Source: Alphaproteobacteria bacterium (GTDB lineage: Bacteria; Pseudomonadota; Alphaproteobacteria; Micavibrionales; Micavibrionaceae). Taken from it: a stretch of DNA of 64,000 nucleotides. The first letter of the stretch is position 1, and each line of letters begins with the position of its first letter. Both the position numbers and the translations under genes were made by a program. Under the pieces are notes generated by a model, which saw nothing but the letters and a program-made list of their open reading frames with translations, did no database searches and was not told the DNA's origin. Below, piece after piece: positions 19,624-30,322 of this stretch. The stretch covers positions 22,794 through 86,793 of the forward strand of contig JAWKVT010000003.1 of the NCBI GenBank assembly GCA_041397865.1, in the 5' to 3' direction.

Positions 19624-22203
19624 ATGACACAAGAAAAATACAATATTAAAGAGTGCGAAAAAAAATGGCGCGCGCGTTGGGACGAAGCCAAATGCTTCGA
19701 GGTCACAGAAGACCCGAGCAAAGAAAAATACTATGTGCTGGCCATGTTGCCTTATCCGTCTGGCCGTATCCATGTCGGCCATGTTCGTAATTACACACTG
19801 TCCGATGTTGTCGCGCGCTATAAAAAAGCCCAGGGTTTTAACGTACTAAACCCCATGGGCTGGGACGCACTCGGCCTGCCTGCGGAAAACGCCGCCATGG
19901 AGCGCGGCACCCACCCCGCCGATTGGACCTATTCCAATATCGAAGAAATGAAACGCCAGCTCAAAGCCATGGGCCTAGCGATTGACTGGAGCCGCGAAGT
20001 AGCCTCCTGCGATCCGGAATATTACAAACACGAACAAAAAATGTTCCTCGATTTCTACGAAAAAGGCTTGGCTTACCGCAAAGAATCAGTCGTAAACTGG
20101 GACCCGGTCGATAACACCGTACTGGCCAATGAACAGGTTGTAGACGGCAAAGGCTGGCGCACCGGCGCACCGGTTGAGCGCCGTACGCTTTCACAATGGT
20201 TCCTCAAAATAACCCATTATGCCGATGACTTACTCGAAGCCCTCAAAGACCTGCCCCGCTGGCCGGAAAAGGTCCGCATCATGCAGGAAAACTGGATCGG
20301 CAAGTCACAAGGGCTGCAATTCAAATGGGACGTAATTCCGCAGAATGGCACCCGCATTTCAAACCGCAGCGAAGCGGAGGCAGGAAATGCGGAAATAGAA
20401 GTTTTCACCACGCGGCCCGATACACTTTTCGGCGCATCCTTTATCGCGCTGGCTCCCGATCACCCTATGGCAAAAAAACTCGCCGAAGGTAAGGACGGAT
20501 TCAATGAATTTCTTAAGCAATGCCAAAGCGTCGGTACATCTGAAGAAGCCATCGCCCAGGCCGAAAAAATCGGTTTTGATACGGGTTATAAGGCCACACA
20601 CCCGCTTCTACCCGGTCAGGAATTCCCGATCTATATTGCAAACTTCATCCTCATGGATTACGGAACCGGCGCAATTTTCGGCGTTCCCGGCCATGACCAG
20701 CGCGACTTCGACTTTGCGAAAAAATACGGCTTGCCGATTAAGGAAGTCATTTCCTCCGGCAACAGCTCCATCGAAAACGAAGCCTACACAGGCCCCGGCA
20801 AGCTTGTGAATTCGCAGTGGCTCGACGGACGCGAGATTGAAGACGCCAAAGCCGAAGTAATTAAACGCTGCGAAAACATCGGCAACGGCTTCGGCACTAC
20901 ACAATACCGCCTGCGCGATTGGGGCATAAGCCGCCAGCGCTATTGGGGCTGCCCGATTCCGATGGTTCACTGCGACAAATGCGGCGTTGTGCCGGTACCC
21001 GAAGACCAGCTTCCCATCGAACTGCCCATGGACATCAATTACGACGAACCCGGCAATCCGCTGGCTCGCCACCCGACATGGAAAAACACCAAATGCCCGA
21101 AATGCGGCGAAAAAGCCACCCGCGAAACCGACACCTGCGATACGTTTTTTGAATCAAACTGGTATTTCCTGCGCTATCTCGACCCGTGCAATGAACAACG
21201 CGGCTTCGATAAAGACAAGGCTGCTTACTGGATGCCCGTTGACCAATATATCGGCGGCATTGAACACGCCGTTCTTCACCTTCTATACGCCCGTTTCTGC
21301 ACACGTGCCTTGGCTGATTGCGGCTGGCTCGATGTCAAAGAGCCCTTCACCGGCCTGTTTACCCAAGGCATGGTCACACATGAAACCTATCAGGATGAAA
21401 AAGGCCATTGGGTTACCCCGGCCGAATATGAAGCGCTCAAAGACAAATCGAAAATCAAAGTCGGTCCGACAATTAAAATGTCGAAATCAAAAAAGAACGT
21501 CATCGACCCCGAAGATATTCTCGGCACATATGGCGCAGATGCGGCACGGCTTTTCATCCTCTCCGATTCCCCGCCCGAGCGCGATCTGCAATGGACAGAA
21601 AGCGGTATCGAAGGCGCATGGAAATATATCAATAAACTCCACCGTATGATCATGGAGCAAAAAGATAATCTTCCTGCACCCGGCGCACCCAACCCTTCAA
21701 AATTCAGCGAAAACGCATCAAAGCTTCGCAGCGCTACACACAAAGCCATCGCCGGTGTCGCCAAAAGCATCGAATCCTTCGCCATGAACAAAGCCGTCGC
21801 GCAAATCCGCGAACTTTCAAACGCTATTCAAAGCTTCAAACCCGCCGATGATGCAGACCGCTGGGTACAGCGTGAAGCCTTCGAAACCCTCATAAAACTT
21901 TTCGGCCCGATGATGCCGCACCTGGCCGAAGAGCTTTGGGCCGCACTCGGCCACAAAACATTGCTGGCGCAAAGCCCGTGGCCGGAAGTCGATGAAAGCT
22001 TGCTAGCCAATGATACCGTCACCATCGGTGTACAGGTCAACGGCAAAATGCGCGCACAAATCACCCTCGCCCCAGATGCCGCCGAAGATACGGCCCGCGA
22101 AGCAGCCCTCGCGCAAGACAATGTACAAAAAGCCATGGACGGTAAAGAGATACGCAAATTTATCTACGTTCCCGGCAAAATCGTGAATGTGGTGGCAAAC
22201 TAG
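19624..22203 (+). CDS. leuS: leucine--tRNA ligase
   Basis: 859 aa. [11 protein letters not shown] (HIGH motif), KMSKSKKN (KMSKS motif) and a CP1 editing domain. Confidence 0.97.
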   Translation: MTQEKYNIKECEKKWRARWDEAKCFEVTEDPSKEKYYVLAMLPYPSGRIHVGHVRNYTLSDVVARYKKAQGFNVLNPMGWDALGLPAENAAMERGTHPADWTYSNIEEMKRQLKAMGLAIDWSREVASCDPEYYKHEQKMFLDFYEKGLAYRKESVVNWDPVDNTVLANEQVVDGKGWRTGAPVERRTLSQWFLKITHYADDLLEALKDLPRWPEKVRIMQENWIGKSQGLQFKWDVIPQNGTRISNRSEAEAGNAEIEVFTTRPDTLFGASFIALAPDHPMAKKLAEGKDGFNEFLKQCQSVGTSEEAIAQAEKIGFDTGYKATHPLLPGQEFPIYIANFILMDYGTGAIFGVPGHDQRDFDFAKKYGLPIKEVISSGNSSIENEAYTGPGKLVNSQWLDGREIEDAKAEVIKRCENIGNGFGTTQYRLRDWGISRQRYWGCPIPMVHCDKCGVVPVPEDQLPIELPMDINYDEPGNPLARHPTWKNTKCPKCGEKATRETDTCDTFFESNWYFLRYLDPCNEQRGFDKDKAAYWMPVDQYIGGIEHAVLHLLYARFCTRALADCGWLDVKEPFTGLFTQGMVTHETYQDEKGHWVTPAEYEALKDKSKIKVGPTIKMSKSKKNVIDPEDILGTYGADAARLFILSDSPPERDLQWTESGIEGAWKYINKLHRMIMEQKDNLPAPGAPNPSKFSENASKLRSATHKAIAGVAKSIESFAMNKAVAQIRELSNAIQSFKPADDADRWVQREAFETLIKLFGPMMPHLAEELWAALGHKTLLAQSPWPEVDESLLANDTVTIGVQVNGKMRAQITLAPDAAEDTAREAALAQDNVQKAMDGKEIRKFIYVPGKIVNVVAN

Positions 22204-22236
22204 ACGTAAGATCATAAGAAATACGAAAGTAAGATC

Positions 22237-22767
22237 ATGATAATAAAAAAAAGACCATTTCCGCTTTTGATAGTCTTATTTCTTACCTCTTCTCTCTTCC
22301 TTCTTTCTTCCTGCGGCTTCCACCCTGTATACGGCGTTAATAAATATACGGCCACAGGCGTCGAAGAACATCTGTCGCAAATCGAAATCGCAGGAATTCC
22401 CGACCGTGAAGGGCAATTCCTGCGCAACGCCCTGATAGACCGGTTTTACCGCACAGGCCGCCCGGCGCATCCGCACTACACGCTATCTGTTACCCCGGTT
22501 GCCGAAAGCACCCGCGATCTGGACATCACCATCGATTCCGACACCACGCGCGGCCAACTCGCCCTTAAAACCACAATGCAGCTCATCGACAAAAAAACCG
22601 GGCAGACCATTCTAAAACGAAATCTGCGCTCCATCGCCAGCTATAACATCATAGACAGCGAATTCGCCAACCGCGTTTCGGAAGCAAATACCCGCGAAAA
22701 CGCGCTAAACGACCTCGCCCGCCAGATTGAAGAACAGCTCGCACTGCATTTCAAACGCAGCGCCTAA
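22237..22767 (+). CDS. lptE: LPS-assembly lipoprotein LptE
   Basis: 176 aa. Lipobox LLSSCGF. Sits immediately after leuS, the conserved leuS-lptE arrangement. Confidence 0.72.
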   Translation: MIIKKRPFPLLIVLFLTSSLFLLSSCGFHPVYGVNKYTATGVEEHLSQIEIAGIPDREGQFLRNALIDRFYRTGRPAHPHYTLSVTPVAESTRDLDITIDSDTTRGQLALKTTMQLIDKKTGQTILKRNLRSIASYNIIDSEFANRVSEANTRENALNDLARQIEEQLALHFKRSA

Positions 22768-22858
22768 CCCAATCTATAAAAAAACCACAAAACACCCTAG
22801 AAAATATCTTGACGGCTTTCCAAAAAACAGACTATAAGGGTCTATTATTTCGTCAAAT

Positions 22859-22942
22859 GGTTTTGGTTTTTGACAAGAAACGAGGAGCGAAGAGTATAAT
22901 TTTATACTTAAGCGACGAGTGACGCAGACAAAAGCCAAAAAC
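22859..22942. repeat. covarying hairpin element, copy C (core GAGGAGCGAAG-[stem-loop]-AGCGACGAG)
   Basis: Outer stem GGTTTTGGTTTTTG / CAAAAGCCAAAAAC. Inner stem AGTATAA / TTATACT. The conserved purine-rich flanks are shared with 35715-35791 and 35807-35867. Confidence 0.5.
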
Positions 22943-23192
22943 AAAAGACGAAAATTGCGGCATTTGATGGACTCAGCTTGCACCGCATTAAAAAAGCTAA
23001 AGCGCCACGGCTCGAACGCCGGCTGCGAAAGATCTTCAAACCTTTTGACAAGCAGCCAAAAAAGTTCCCGCCCGTGGTCTCCATAATTTGGAAACCTGGC
23101 GGGGTATGCTTTTAAAGCAGATCTTTAACATTCCCTAACAGATTTACAACTTTAAGCATTTTTAAAAATGCAATGAGGGAATTTATAAACAA

Positions 23193-24713
23193 ATGTCTCA
23201 GTTACGGAAAAAATTTGTTGTTGTTGGAGCGGGAGCGGTCGGCGTTTCATGCGCTCTCATGCTTAAACGAGGACTGGAGCAAAAAATTCAAGAAAACAAA
23301 AACAGCCAAACTACAAAATATTCTATTACCCTCGTTGACCCGAATGATTTTGCCGGAGCTGGCACAACATACTGGGACTATGATTGCGGACAAGACTCTA
23401 ACGTTTATCTTAATAATCAACCGAACGAACGCATGATCGTTGATCTACAACAACGCGACGCATACACAAATTTTCTAATAAAAAACGGTCATACCCAACA
23501 AACAGACCCGAAACTTGTCGCAAAGTCCTTCAGCAGCAGAGCCACATTCGGACGATTTGTAAACAACCAGCTATGGGAGACTATAAAAAATAGTCGAAAT
23601 TCTTCAGTAGAAATAAACATCAAAAACGCAACTGCAAAAAACCTGATACAAACCGACACAGAAAAATTAGAGCTTATTTTAGATAACGATAAAATAGAAG
23701 CAGACATTGTGTTAAACGCCTCAGGCCATCGACCAAACCATCTCTTTGGTAAATTTAACGATGTTAGCGGCTTTTTTAACTCTCCTGCTTGCATTAAAAG
23801 CCTCCACGAACATATAAACAGCGCGACAAACAAAGCCGTAGCGATTCTGGGAAGCGGACAATCCATGATCGACGCTTTTGCAGCCCTTGATCGAAATCAA
23901 GCACTTCAATATTATACAAACCCTGGACAGCCTCAACCGGAATGCTTCTCAAGAGAAGTCCATGTATTAAGTCGGTCTCCGTCCTATCACTGGCCTTTTA
24001 TTCCTGAAAACAACCCAACAGAACTGGACGACACGCCCTTTGAACCCAAAATTCTTACAGCCGCTAATATTGTACGGGAACAAGCGTATACTTTAAAAAA
24101 ACTCGCAACGCTTTTGGAAAAAGAAGTGAAAACTGCAACCAATTATCCAATTGAAATAGACGGACAGTCTTTTAGCTTCGGACCGGGCCATATATACGCA
24201 AAACTAAATATGTCCAGCGTTGAAAATCTTTTCGATACGGAAGAAAAACAAAAAGCGTTAAATGATTTCAAACAACATGTAAGAGCCCTGTTTAGCAACC
24301 CAACTCCGCTTGAAAGATATAGAATGCTAAAAGATACAAACTATACTCTTCATCTGGGCAGCATTATGCCGGATGATATTACACAGCAGAAAGATGGATC
24401 GTTTATTCTTCAAACAAAGAACGGTGACAATATCCATGTCGGAACAATCATTAATGCAACAGCATTTGCCAGAAACGCTTTCACAAATCCGGAAGAGCCT
24501 GAAACTGTCCGTGATCCGTTTTTAAGACGTTTGCACGAAAAAAGTTACTTAAGTATTAACCCTACAAGTAAAGGACTCTTCGCAGCCGGACATCAAAAAA
24601 TTTCCGGATTGTTTCTAGCTCATAATGCCGCAACGCATGAATCTTGGGGCATGGAAAAATTCTCCAACGAAAACCAAACATTGATCACCCAGCTTGTTCG
24701 GGATTATGCTTAA
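23193..24713 (+). CDS. FAD/NAD(P)-binding oxidoreductase family protein
   Basis: 506 aa. N-terminal VVVGAGAVGVSCALML (GxGxxG) and a second dinucleotide-fold-like VAILGSGQSMIDAFAAL. Visibly lower GC than its neighbours. Confidence 0.6.
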   Translation: MSQLRKKFVVVGAGAVGVSCALMLKRGLEQKIQENKNSQTTKYSITLVDPNDFAGAGTTYWDYDCGQDSNVYLNNQPNERMIVDLQQRDAYTNFLIKNGHTQQTDPKLVAKSFSSRATFGRFVNNQLWETIKNSRNSSVEINIKNATAKNLIQTDTEKLELILDNDKIEADIVLNASGHRPNHLFGKFNDVSGFFNSPACIKSLHEHINSATNKAVAILGSGQSMIDAFAALDRNQALQYYTNPGQPQPECFSREVHVLSRSPSYHWPFIPENNPTELDDTPFEPKILTAANIVREQAYTLKKLATLLEKEVKTATNYPIEIDGQSFSFGPGHIYAKLNMSSVENLFDTEEKQKALNDFKQHVRALFSNPTPLERYRMLKDTNYTLHLGSIMPDDITQQKDGSFILQTKNGDNIHVGTIINATAFARNAFTNPEEPETVRDPFLRRLHEKSYLSINPTSKGLFAAGHQKISGLFLAHNAATHESWGMEKFSNENQTLITQLVRDYA

Positions 24714-24753
24714 ATCTCTGTAAGATCCCGCATAATGAAATAAGGAACAGGCA

Positions 24754-25119
24754 ATGTCTAAAATCAAACAGTTTCAGGAAGAGCGCGAAAACTACAACGC
24801 CATCCTCGCAAAATACGCCAACCGTTCGCAAAAAACATTCTATGGCCTTGACGCCAAAACATATCAAGCCGATGCTCTGGACAAAAAGACCAAGGAACTG
24901 CTCGGCTTTGTCGCCTCGCTCGTTTTGCGCTGCGACGACTGCATCCTCTACCACCTGATCGAATGCCATAAGGCAGGCGTAAGCAGCAAAGAACTCGCCG
25001 ACGCCGTTTCAATCGGCATGCTGGTCGGCGGCTCCATCACCATTCCCCATATTCGCCGAGCCATGAAAATCTGGGACGAAGAACTGGCAGACGATACGCC
25101 CGCTGAAAACGCCGAGTAA
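24754..25119 (+). CDS. carboxymuconolactone decarboxylase / AhpD-like family protein
   Basis: 121 aa. ...ELLGFVASLVLRCDDCILYHL... gives the CxxC..H core of the AhpD/CMD fold. Confidence 0.72.
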   Translation: MSKIKQFQEERENYNAILAKYANRSQKTFYGLDAKTYQADALDKKTKELLGFVASLVLRCDDCILYHLIECHKAGVSSKELADAVSIGMLVGGSITIPHIRRAMKIWDEELADDTPAENAE

Positions 25120-25197
25120 ACCCCAAACATTTGCCTTTCACAACCACCTGCCCCATATTAGGGTCTTAATCCGGGACAAAAAAGAAAGGCCCGCGCT

Positions 25198-26646
25198 ATG
25201 TCCGAAGTCAACGCCGCCGATTTACGGCCCGTCGAATCACCCGATGACGTCATCCACACCTACGAAGGCGCGGGACAAAACGCCAAAACCGGCGTAGAGG
25301 TTGAGCTGGCCTTTTTCGACCCGCAAAGTCCTGACCTGGCCACCATGACACCTGCGCAAAACAAAGTCGTGAAAAACGCAACCAATGCGCAATGCGGCGG
25401 CGACTTCGCCCGCAACGAACCGACCAGCGAAATGCTGGAAATCGGCTCCATTGCCGGAAACCCCGATGAGCTCAGGCACATAATGAAAGACACCCAAAGC
25501 AAAATCGAATGCCTGAGCCAAAAAGCCGCTGATATAGGCCTAAAACGCTCATATTTCCAGCACTTGCCGGATAAAACCGCCACCCAGCTTCTCGCCAATC
25601 TTATGGATGTCGACCGCTATCAAGCCTTCTTCGGCCCCCCGCGCGAAGACATGAAGGCCGTTGCCGCTTACTTTTCCGTCTGCAAATCCAACCAGATCTC
25701 CGTAAGCTACCGTAATCACAATCACCTGCTGGAAAATATCCGCAGACTCTATGTCCTCGCCCCCTTCCTGTTCATGATTACCGATAACGCCGCCCCCTTT
25801 AACGAAGGCTTGCCGTTCAAAGGCAATGCAGGCATGCACCACCGCGCAGCCCTTGGCGACCGCGGCGGCGTCCCGCCCTATGTCTACACCGCCAAAACCG
25901 GTGAGGAATACATCGCCGCCCACATCGACCATGTCATGAACAACCCGCTTTTCGTCTATTACGACGAAAAAGGCAACCTCATCCGCCTGCCCTCCGGCAC
26001 ATGGACAAGCTTTAATAAACTGCGCGATAAAGGCCTAAGCACCGCAACAAACTACTATTTCTCCGAAAGCATCCTCTGGCCGGACGTTAAAATCGCCGCC
26101 CTAAAAAACGATGCGGGCGAAGTCATCAACCACCGCTATGAGGCCCGCATGTTCGGCGTCGGCCTCCACCAACACCAAACCGCGCTGCTTATCATGGCCG
26201 CGCTGGCTTTTGACCCGGAGTTTGCACAAAAAACCGGCGAGCTTTTAGAGCGCTACGGCTTCAACCTGTCAAACCCCGAAACCCTGAAAACCCCGCTGGA
26301 AAACGCCTATAAAACAGCGCAGGAACACGGCGGAAAATTCCTCAATATCCCCTATGGCAACAGCACAATGGCCGCCTTCGCCCGCAACTTCGCAGACCTC
26401 ATTGAAAACGCCGCGCTCATGCAAGGCTTTGAAAACGAACTCACCCCCCTTCTCGCCATCTGCCGCACAGGCTGCACAGATTCCAAAGTAAACGCCCTGC
26501 TCTTTGACACGCTGGATAAAGCCAAAAACTTCCAACGCGCTTACAACCCGGACATGTTCAAAAACCCGAATCTTTGCGCCCATATGCTTTTCGAAAAAGA
26601 AATATCCTCCCACCCGGAAGCTCCAAACGCCTGCCCAACAACCTAA
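25198..26646 (+). CDS. divergent glutamate--cysteine ligase family (GCS2 / plant-type GshA-like) protein
   Basis: 482 aa. Collinear weak similarity to plant/alphaproteobacterial GCL blocks, from memory: GVEVELAFF, NEPTSEMLEIGS, CKSNQISVSY..., LAPFLFMITDNAAPFNEG and WPDVKI. Confidence 0.5.
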   Translation: MSEVNAADLRPVESPDDVIHTYEGAGQNAKTGVEVELAFFDPQSPDLATMTPAQNKVVKNATNAQCGGDFARNEPTSEMLEIGSIAGNPDELRHIMKDTQSKIECLSQKAADIGLKRSYFQHLPDKTATQLLANLMDVDRYQAFFGPPREDMKAVAAYFSVCKSNQISVSYRNHNHLLENIRRLYVLAPFLFMITDNAAPFNEGLPFKGNAGMHHRAALGDRGGVPPYVYTAKTGEEYIAAHIDHVMNNPLFVYYDEKGNLIRLPSGTWTSFNKLRDKGLSTATNYYFSESILWPDVKIAALKNDAGEVINHRYEARMFGVGLHQHQTALLIMAALAFDPEFAQKTGELLERYGFNLSNPETLKTPLENAYKTAQEHGGKFLNIPYGNSTMAAFARNFADLIENAALMQGFENELTPLLAICRTGCTDSKVNALLFDTLDKAKNFQRAYNPDMFKNPNLCAHMLFEKEISSHPEAPNACPTT

Positions 26647-26754
26647 ATCAAGCAAAACATACGAAAAAGACCAGCCAGCCAGTATGTTTATAACCTTTAC
26701 AAGTAATGCCGCTTTGCAATTGACGCTCCCACAAATCTCTTTACCCTAGAGCCT

Positions 26755-27771
26755 ATGAAATTAGCATACCGTGACATCGAACCCTTTGTAAAAGCGCCCA
26801 ACCCTGCGGCGCGGGTCATCCTCACCTATGGCCCCGATAACGGCCTTATGAAAGAACGCGCCCAAATAATGGGCAAAACCGTTATCGGCGATTTGAACGA
26901 CCCGTTCAACGCCGTCACACTTTCTACTGATCTCCTAAGCGAAGACCCCGCCAGACTCTCTGACGAAGCCGGAGCAATCTCCATGATGGGCGGCCACCGC
27001 CTCATCCGCGTTGAAGATGCAAGCGATAAAATCACCCCCCTCATCAAAACATATCTCGAAAACCCGTCCGAATCGACGCTAATAATCCTCGAAGCAGGGG
27101 AACTCAGCCCGCGCAGTTCCCTGCGCAAACTTTGCGAATCAGCCAAAAACGCCGCTGCCGTCCCCTGTTACGTTGAAGACGAGCGCGATTTAGCCCGCCT
27201 CATCCGCGAAACATGCCAGAGCGAAAACATTGGCATCGACCAGGACGCCGTAAGCTGGCTCGCCGCCAATATCTCCGGCGACCGGGCAAAAGCCCGCAAC
27301 GAACTCGAAAAACTTATAACCTATAAAGGACAAGACAAAACCCCCGTAAGCATTGATAACGTTCGTGCTTGCTGCGGCGAAGCCGGAGCGCTAGCCCTCG
27401 ATGATCTCGTTTACGCTACCGCAGGTCATAACACCGCCGCCGCACTTAAAACTTTCAACCAGCTTATAGAAGAAGGAATCTCCTTCGTTGTCATCCTCCG
27501 CGCCCTGCAAACGCACTTCCGCAAACTGCACCTCACCAAAACCAAGGTTGAAAGCGGCGAATCGCCAGAAACCGCCATGAAATCCCTCAGCCCGCCAATA
27601 TTTTTTAAACAGCAAAATGCGTTTAAAACACAAATAAACCGCTGGTCCGTAAACGGGCTTGCCAAAGTATTACAAAAACTTATGGATCTGGAAAGCCAGT
27701 GCAAACAAACCGGCGCACCCGTAGAAACACTCTGCTCTCAAGCAGTCTTGGGAATCAGTAAGTCTCGATGA
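26755..27771 (+). CDS. holA: DNA polymerase III subunit delta
   Basis: 338 aa. N-terminal ...PAARVILTYGPDNGL..., ...ISMMGGHRLIRVEDA... and ...ISGDRAKARNELEKL... resemble HolA. Confidence 0.82.
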   Translation: MKLAYRDIEPFVKAPNPAARVILTYGPDNGLMKERAQIMGKTVIGDLNDPFNAVTLSTDLLSEDPARLSDEAGAISMMGGHRLIRVEDASDKITPLIKTYLENPSESTLIILEAGELSPRSSLRKLCESAKNAAAVPCYVEDERDLARLIRETCQSENIGIDQDAVSWLAANISGDRAKARNELEKLITYKGQDKTPVSIDNVRACCGEAGALALDDLVYATAGHNTAAALKTFNQLIEEGISFVVILRALQTHFRKLHLTKTKVESGESPETAMKSLSPPIFFKQQNAFKTQINRWSVNGLAKVLQKLMDLESQCKQTGAPVETLCSQAVLGISKSR

Positions 27772-27772
27772 T

Positions 27773-28693
27773 TTAAGCGCTCAAACGCCCCGCCGGAACA
27801 TTATCCGCAGCCAACCTCTGCAACAAATAATCTAATTGATCCAATGACTTAAAAGAAACACTCAGCCTTCCGCTCTTACCGTCGTGACTGTCGATACTCA
27901 CCCGCATTCCAATCTTATCGGAAAGATCTTTCTCAAGCGCAAGCGTATCAACATCTTTTTTCGGCTCACTCTTCGCCGCACGTTTAGTCGTTTTTTGCGA
28001 ACGCCCCTGCGTATCAGCCACCAGTTTTTCTGTTTCACGTACACTAAGGTTTTGAGAAATAATCTCTTTAGCCAAATCATCGGCATTTTTCGCCGTAATC
28101 AACGCCCGCGCATGCCCGGTCGTAATCTCACCCGCGCTAAGATGACCCTGCACACCTTGCGGTAACTGCAAAAGCCGCATCATATTGGCAATATGTGAAC
28201 GACTCTTTCCAAGACTTTCCGCAAGCTTTTCCTGTGTATAACCATGCTCATCAATAAGCCGTTGATAGCCATTAGCCTCATCAATCGGATCCAAATCCTC
28301 CCGCTGAAGATTCTCAATAAGCGCAATTTCAAACGCCTCAGCATCGCTAATATCAAGAACAATAACGGGTAGATCGTGCAAACCCGCCTTCTGCGCCGCA
28401 CGCCAACGCCGTTCACCGGCAATAATATGATAACCGCCATCTTCCTTTTCACGCACCAAAAGCGGCTGCAACACCCCATGCTGTTTAATCGAATCGGCAA
28501 GCTCGCTTAAAGCCCCGTCATCAAAAACCCGGCGCGGCTGACCCCGCCCCGGCTCCAATTGATCAACCCCGGCCACATCGCGCTTCCGTCCCTCTGCGGG
28601 AAAATCAACATTACCTTGTGAAAAATCCGCCTCTTCATCTTCAAATAGCGCATTTAAACCACGCCCCAGCCCCCGCTTTTGAGGTTCCACCAT
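27773..28693 (-). CDS. parB: chromosome partitioning protein ParB
   Basis: RGLGRGLNALF N-terminus, IIAGERRWRAA ParB box, HTH segment LAESLGKSRSHIANMMRLL. Confidence 0.95.
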   Translation of the reverse strand: MVEPQKRGLGRGLNALFEDEEADFSQGNVDFPAEGRKRDVAGVDQLEPGRGQPRRVFDDGALSELADSIKQHGVLQPLLVREKEDGGYHIIAGERRWRAAQKAGLHDLPVIVLDISDAEAFEIALIENLQREDLDPIDEANGYQRLIDEHGYTQEKLAESLGKSRSHIANMMRLLQLPQGVQGHLSAGEITTGHARALITAKNADDLAKEIISQNLSVRETEKLVADTQGRSQKTTKRAAKSEPKKDVDTLALEKDLSDKIGMRVSIDSHDGKSGRLSVSFKSLDQLDYLLQRLAADNVPAGRLSA

Positions 28694-28718
28694 AACAAAA
28701 CTCCCTTAACAAATACCA

Positions 28719-28734
28719 TATTTCACGTGAAACA
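28719..28734. promoter_or_regulatory. parS-like site TATTTCACGTGAAACA
   Basis: 15/16 match to the parS consensus TGTTTCACGTGAAACA. Lies in the parA-parB intergenic spacer. Confidence 0.8.
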
Positions 28735-28746
28735 TTAAACCAAGGA

Positions 28747-29586
28747 TTAAGCCGCAAGCAATTCTTTTTTAATCTTCCGCTCACGTTTTATAACCTCGCT
28801 CGCCAAGTGAATATAAGCCTGCGCACCCGCACACTTCATATCATAAACAATCGCAGGCAAGCCGTATGACGGCGCCTCCGACAACCGCACATTACGCGGA
28901 ATCACCGTTTTATACACCTTCTCTCCGAAATAAGACCGCACATCGCGCTCCACCATCGCGGTCAAATTATTGCGCTGGTCATACATCGTCAAAACCACGC
29001 CCTGAATACCAAGACGCGGATTAAACTGCTTGCGCACCCGCTCAACCGTCTTGGTCAGATGGCTAAGCCCCTCCAGCGCATAAAACTCGCACTGCAACGG
29101 CACAATCACAGAATCCACAGCCACCAGCGCATTAAGTGTCAACAAATTAAGAGAAGGCGGGCAATCCAGAATCACATAATCATAGGGCAGAGGACGATGC
29201 AAAGCTTCCTTGAGACGATACTCCCGATTATGCGCCGTTACCAACTCAATCTCCGCGCCCGATAAATGGATAGACGACGGCACTACACTCAGCCGCGGCA
29301 CTTTCGTCCTCACAACGGCTTCCTCAACCGAAGCATCGCCAAAAAGAACATCATACGAGCTTGACTTAATCACACTGCGGCGAATGCCCAAACCTGTCGA
29401 CGCATTCCCCTGCGGATCAAGATCGACAATCAAAACCTTTTTCCCCACAGCCGCCAGCGCCGTCGCCAAATTAATCGCCGTCGTGGTTTTTCCCACGCCG
29501 CCTTTCTGATTGGCAACCGCAAGCAAACGCGGGCGTTCATGCGCCTTAAAAGACGGAGACACAGAAGAAACAGGAAGCTTTTTCAT
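28747..29586 (-). CDS. parA: chromosome partitioning ATPase ParA (Soj)
   Basis: AVANQKGGVGKTTTAINLA deviant Walker A. ILDCPPSL. Confidence 0.95.
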   Translation of the reverse strand: MKKLPVSSVSPSFKAHERPRLLAVANQKGGVGKTTTAINLATALAAVGKKVLIVDLDPQGNASTGLGIRRSVIKSSSYDVLFGDASVEEAVVRTKVPRLSVVPSSIHLSGAEIELVTAHNREYRLKEALHRPLPYDYVILDCPPSLNLLTLNALVAVDSVIVPLQCEFYALEGLSHLTKTVERVRKQFNPRLGIQGVVLTMYDQRNNLTAMVERDVRSYFGEKVYKTVIPRNVRLSEAPSYGLPAIVYDMKCAGAQAYIHLASEVIKRERKIKKELLAA

Positions 29587-29680
29587 GACATCAACCTTCT
29601 GAAAATAAAAAAACCGGAAGTAAAAACACTATGCCCCAATTCTTTTTAAAATTCAACAACGCCAAGGCTTTTCAAGCATT

Positions 29681-30322
29681 TTATACACCGCTTTTACTGG
29701 CGATATTCCGCAAATGAAGAACGCAAGCCTGCGAATCTGTCACGCTTTGATAAGCCTCACAATCAAACAGGAAATGCGCCCGCGCTGCATCCAGTTCCTC
29801 ACCAGCCTGCACACCTTTCAAGAACAAACACTGCAAATGCGGCGAAGAGGAAGCCCACGGCGCAACATATCCCAATAACGTTTTTAAATCCGCCAGCGCC
29901 CGGGCCGTAACAAAATCGGGACAAACATCACCTTGCGCACATTCTATACGTGTATTATGCACCGTTACATCCACACCCGTTTCACGTGAAACGGTTTTCA
30001 AAAACTGACACTTTCTCTCATCCGATTCAATAAGACGGACCTTCAAATCCGACCGCATGATCGCCAAAACCATTCCGGGAAACCCGGCCCCGCTCCCCAA
30101 ATCAAAAACCATTCGTGATTCACGTGAAACATCGCCCGGAATATGAGAAATATAACGTTCAATCTGCGCCGAATCAGCAAAATGCCTACACCATGCCTCA
30201 TCAATTGTTTTAGGGCTAACCAGATTAATCGCCCTTTGCCACTTCAACAAAAGCGCGTGATAAATTTCCAGTTTTTCATACATTTCACGTGAAACATCAA
30301 TATTAAGATCACTCGGCCACAT
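29681..30322 (-). CDS. rsmG: 16S rRNA (guanine527-N7)-methyltransferase RsmG (GidB)
   Basis: DLGSGAGFPGMVLAI SAM motif. Position between mnmG and parA. Start set at ATG 30322 (MWPSDL). Confidence 0.9.
   Translation of the reverse strand: MWPSDLNIDVSREMYEKLEIYHALLLKWQRAINLVSPKTIDEAWCRHFADSAQIERYISHIPGDVSRESRMVFDLGSGAGFPGMVLAIMRSDLKVRLIESDERKCQFLKTVSRETGVDVTVHNTRIECAQGDVCPDFVTARALADLKTLLGYVAPWASSSPHLQCLFLKGVQAGEELDAARAHFLFDCEAYQSVTDSQACVLHLRNIASKSGV
29978..29993. promoter_or_regulatory. parS-like site CGTTTCACGTGAAACG
   Basis: Perfect 16-bp palindrome, 14/16 to the parS consensus. Inside rsmG. Confidence 0.75.
30116..30131. promoter_or_regulatory. parS-like site TGATTCACGTGAAACA
   Basis: 15/16 to the parS consensus. 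Inside rsmG. Confidence 0.75.
30281..30296. promoter_or_regulatory. parS-like site CATTTCACGTGAAACA
   Basis: 14/16 to the parS consensus. Inside rsmG. Confidence 0.7.
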
